Shown piece by piece: positions 62,121 to 64,000 of a DNA stretch of 64,000 bases. Numbering within the stretch: the first letter of the stretch is position 1; every line of letters starts with the position of its first letter. A program made the position numbers and the translations under genes. The notes below the pieces were generated by a model. It saw only the letters and a program-made list of their open reading frames with translations. It did not search any database and was not told where the DNA came from. The DNA comes from a virus (lineage: Duplodnaviria; Caudoviricetes), in IMG/VR virus record IMGVR_UViG_2236876025_000005, positions 1,662-65,661 of that record; one strand, written 5' to 3'.

Positions 62121-62581
62121 AATTTGTACATTCCCTCAGGCGCAGGTAACGCCAACTCTTCGTAAATCAAACCCCGATAATCGAACATTCGTTCATTCAA
62201 CCAATCAAACGTCTTGATATTCGATATGTCGCCCCAACAGTACCATTTGTACACGTTGTCAACATACGCCGTCAAACACAATGTCGTCTTTTCGATTTTG
62301 AACCCTGTAATGTCCGCGTATTCGTTGTGTGTTTGCAAACGGAAATATTCGACCACCTCATCCTCAGTCATAGACGTCATAGGACGCAAGTAAGGTTTGA
62401 TATTATCAATATCGATTCCGAAATAACATCCGTGTATATGTACTTGGTTATTAAAACAATCGACATATTCCAAACGCTCATCCTGTGAATCGTGGAAAAC
62501 TCCGTTAATCTGCACCATCACCCCGTACGGCAACCGTGCCGAAAGGTCATTCACGAATCGTTGTTGTTCTTCCTGTGTCAT
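62117..62581 (-). CDS. RLPYG-family protein (paralog 3)
   Basis: NDLSARLPYGV...IKPYLRPMTSMT...MFDYRGLI..ELALPAPEGMY. Confidence 0.75.
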   Translation of the reverse strand: MTQEEQQRFVNDLSARLPYGVMVQINGVFHDSQDERLEYVDCFNNQVHIHGCYFGIDIDNIKPYLRPMTSMTEDEVVEYFRLQTHNEYADITGFKIEKTTLCLTAYVDNVYKWYCWGDISNIKTFDWLNERMFDYRGLIYEELALPAPEGMYKF

Positions 62582-62669
62582 CGTTATTGTGTTTTAATCG
62601 TTACACTTTTCAAGGTTGTTCAGCGGTTTCCTGTTTTTCCGAAATAATGACAGTATGCACATAACCGTT

Positions 62670-63326
62670 TTATTTTTTGATTCCCAAATAATCGTAAAAA
62701 TCGTCGTCGGTCGCGAAAATTATATGTTTCGACAATATGCCGCCGTCAACGTCACGTTGGAACAAAATTAAACACGATTTAAACTCCGCCGTCGGATAAT
62801 GGCGTTTGAACCGCGCCAACGCGATATTGTAATCCTGTTTCAAAGCAGGAATGTAAAATTGTGAAATGTCATCGTTGTATTTCGATAAATTCTCAAAATA
62901 CACGTTGTTTTCCATTTTCTCGAACACCCGTTCGCCAATCCAATTGACGGTTTCGGTATCAACATTTGTCGTTGTTTCGTACAACACCCCGATTTCCAAT
63001 GTGGGAATGCCGTTTTTTAGTTTTGTTGTTGTCATAATTGTATGTTCGTTACACTTTAAAATATTATTTAATTCTTCTACTCTATTGTCGGAAACAACCT
63101 TGTCTCCTTGATAGCCATTGTGGTAATACTTGCAATTCATATCATTATTTCCTAAAATATTATTTAATTCCTCTACTCTATTGTCAGCAACAACCTTGTC
63201 CAAAAACGCTAAATATTTTTCACGATTACATACAAAGTTGTCAAATTCATTGCCATACATCTGTTCTATAATTTTTTTTTGCTTGTTGCAATGCAAAAAC
63301 TTATACTTTACTATGTGTGTTTCCAT
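62670..63326 (-). CDS. hypothetical protein with internal 16-aa duplication
   Basis: DKVV[AS]DNRVEELNNIL twice. Confidence 0.65.
   Translation of the reverse strand: METHIVKYKFLHCNKQKKIIEQMYGNEFDNFVCNREKYLAFLDKVVADNRVEELNNILGNNDMNCKYYHNGYQGDKVVSDNRVEELNNILKCNEHTIMTTTKLKNGIPTLEIGVLYETTTNVDTETVNWIGERVFEKMENNVYFENLSKYNDDISQFYIPALKQDYNIALARFKRHYPTAEFKSCLILFQRDVDGGILSKHIIFATDDDFYDYLGIKK
63057..63200. repeat. 48-bp direct repeat (45/48 identical, 96-bp period)
   Basis: 63057-63104 and 63153-63200. Confidence 0.85.
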
Positions 63327-63329
63327 AAC

Positions 63330-63536
63330 TTATTTTCTTTTAAAACAAGTATTACCAATTTCTTGTGACATATTATATCTTATCTCCCAAAATAACCAAC
63401 CTATATATAACTCGCTCAATTTTCTATTGATGATATTGATTGTTATTTTCGGTAGCAGGTCAAATGAATGTTTTTGCCATAAATCAAGCCACATTTCATT
63501 TTTATCAATAATTCTTTTTAATAAATGTGTTTTCAT
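63330..63536 (-). CDS. hypothetical protein
   Basis: 68-aa ORF. Confidence 0.55.
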   Translation of the reverse strand: MKTHLLKRIIDKNEMWLDLWQKHSFDLLPKITINIINRKLSELYIGWLFWEIRYNMSQEIGNTCFKRK

Positions 63537-63745
63537 AATTCAATCATTTTATATTCGCCAATTTCAAATGCGGACTCGGTTAAATCAAGGTCATCCCATT
63601 CTTCAATGTGGACATAGCCCTCAATACTGTGGCACTCAACTTTAACCGTGTTCTTTTCACGGCAGATGAAAAGAACTTTGAACCACATCGGTCTTTGACA
63701 GCCACGCCACGCCTGCTGAAATATATCTCCAACTTGTAATTGCAT
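63533..63745 (-). CDS. hypothetical protein (LQVGD module)
   Basis: 70-aa coupled ORF. Confidence 0.6.
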   Translation of the reverse strand: MQLQVGDIFQQAWRGCQRPMWFKVLFICREKNTVKVECHSIEGYVHIEEWDDLDLTESAFEIGEYKMIEL

Positions 63746-63748
63746 AAC

Positions 63749-63988
63749 TCAAAGATTTTTAAGTTGTTCATAGAGTGCGGCTAACTCTTCCTTTAGTTGC
63801 CGACTATATCTCCAACCATTAGAAACACGACGCAATGCGTTCAACTGCTCGTCTGTTGGTTTCCACGAAGGATGTTCATCAGCCCATTCCGCACCTACTA
63901 TAAATGCTAAATTAGCACTTGGTTGCGGTTCACTTGTCGGGTCACAATACTTATGAGCCGCTTTTACTATTTCTACTCGTCTTGCCAT
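63749..63988 (-). CDS. hypothetical protein (FxxGAEWA + WKPTDEQL modules)
   Basis: 79-aa ORF. Confidence 0.65.
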   Translation of the reverse strand: MARRVEIVKAAHKYCDPTSEPQPSANLAFIVGAEWADEHPSWKPTDEQLNALRRVSNGWRYSRQLKEELAALYEQLKNL

Positions 63989-64000
63989 AGTTATAATTGT

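Noticed and set aside
265-63645. Plus-strand ORFs of the six-frame track (e.g. 4174-4764, 5532-6035, 19892-20554, 38507-39184)
   Set aside because: They are antisense shadows of well-supported minus-strand genes, with no recognisable motifs, promoters or coupling.
1-64000. Alternative genetic code (TAG or TGA reassignment, as in some gut megaphages)
   Set aside because: Long genes are uninterrupted in code 11, TGA is used in many ATGA-coupled stops, and TAG ends terminase. The MTase TGA is an isolated case, and readthrough would not restore DPPY.
1-64000. tRNA/rRNA genes, integrase, transposase or homing endonuclease ORFs
   Set aside because: No T-loop/cloverleaf pattern, rRNA signature, or recombinase/transposase/GIY-YIG/HNH motif was recognised by eye. 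A tRNAscan-SE or HMM scan would be needed to exclude them fully.

Overview
This is a 64-kb segment of a large tailed dsDNA phage genome with T4-type portal and terminase. The host is almost certainly Bacteroidota, because more than 20 copies of the Bacteroidota -7 promoter box TAnnTTTG precede genes. Essentially all real genes are on the minus strand in the standard genetic code; the plus-strand ORFs are shadows. Left to right: (1) 0.7-11.8 kb, a virion and packaging block with an intein-split SWIM Zn-finger protein, a tail-fibre-like protein, holin-like proteins, an Arg-rich protein, portal and large terminase. (2) 12.2-21.1 kb, four large mosaic proteins built of unrelated small modules joined by a conserved peptide linker [VI]-x-D-S-[RK]-[RK]-[VI]-K-D, with RNase HI in between. 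(3) 21-36 kb, dozens of small accessory ORFs. (4) 36.4-47.7 kb, DNA metabolism and regulation: SbcD, split SbcC, a DNA MTase with an in-frame stop inside its DPPY motif, a BRO antirepressor, a degenerate ligase, an XRE HTH protein and a glycosyltransferase. (5) 47.7-55.1 kb, a 1825-aa BspA-type LRR protein and a tail-fibre-like protein. (6) 55.2-58.1 kb, family A DNA polymerase with an intein and a dead proofreading domain, plus a CHC2 Zn-finger protein. (7) 58-64 kb, more small accessory ORFs. The best candidate for an undescribed system is the linker-delimited polyprotein set, which may be capsid-packaged, protease-processed cargo. Next are a CCT-TGA-CCA putative stop-hop that would exactly restore the MTase DPPY motif, several pseudo-enzymes, a palindromic-operator regulon and three structured non-coding RNA candidates. 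No tRNA, rRNA, CRISPR array or reverse transcriptase was seen. All family assignments come from motif recognition by eye; no database search was run.
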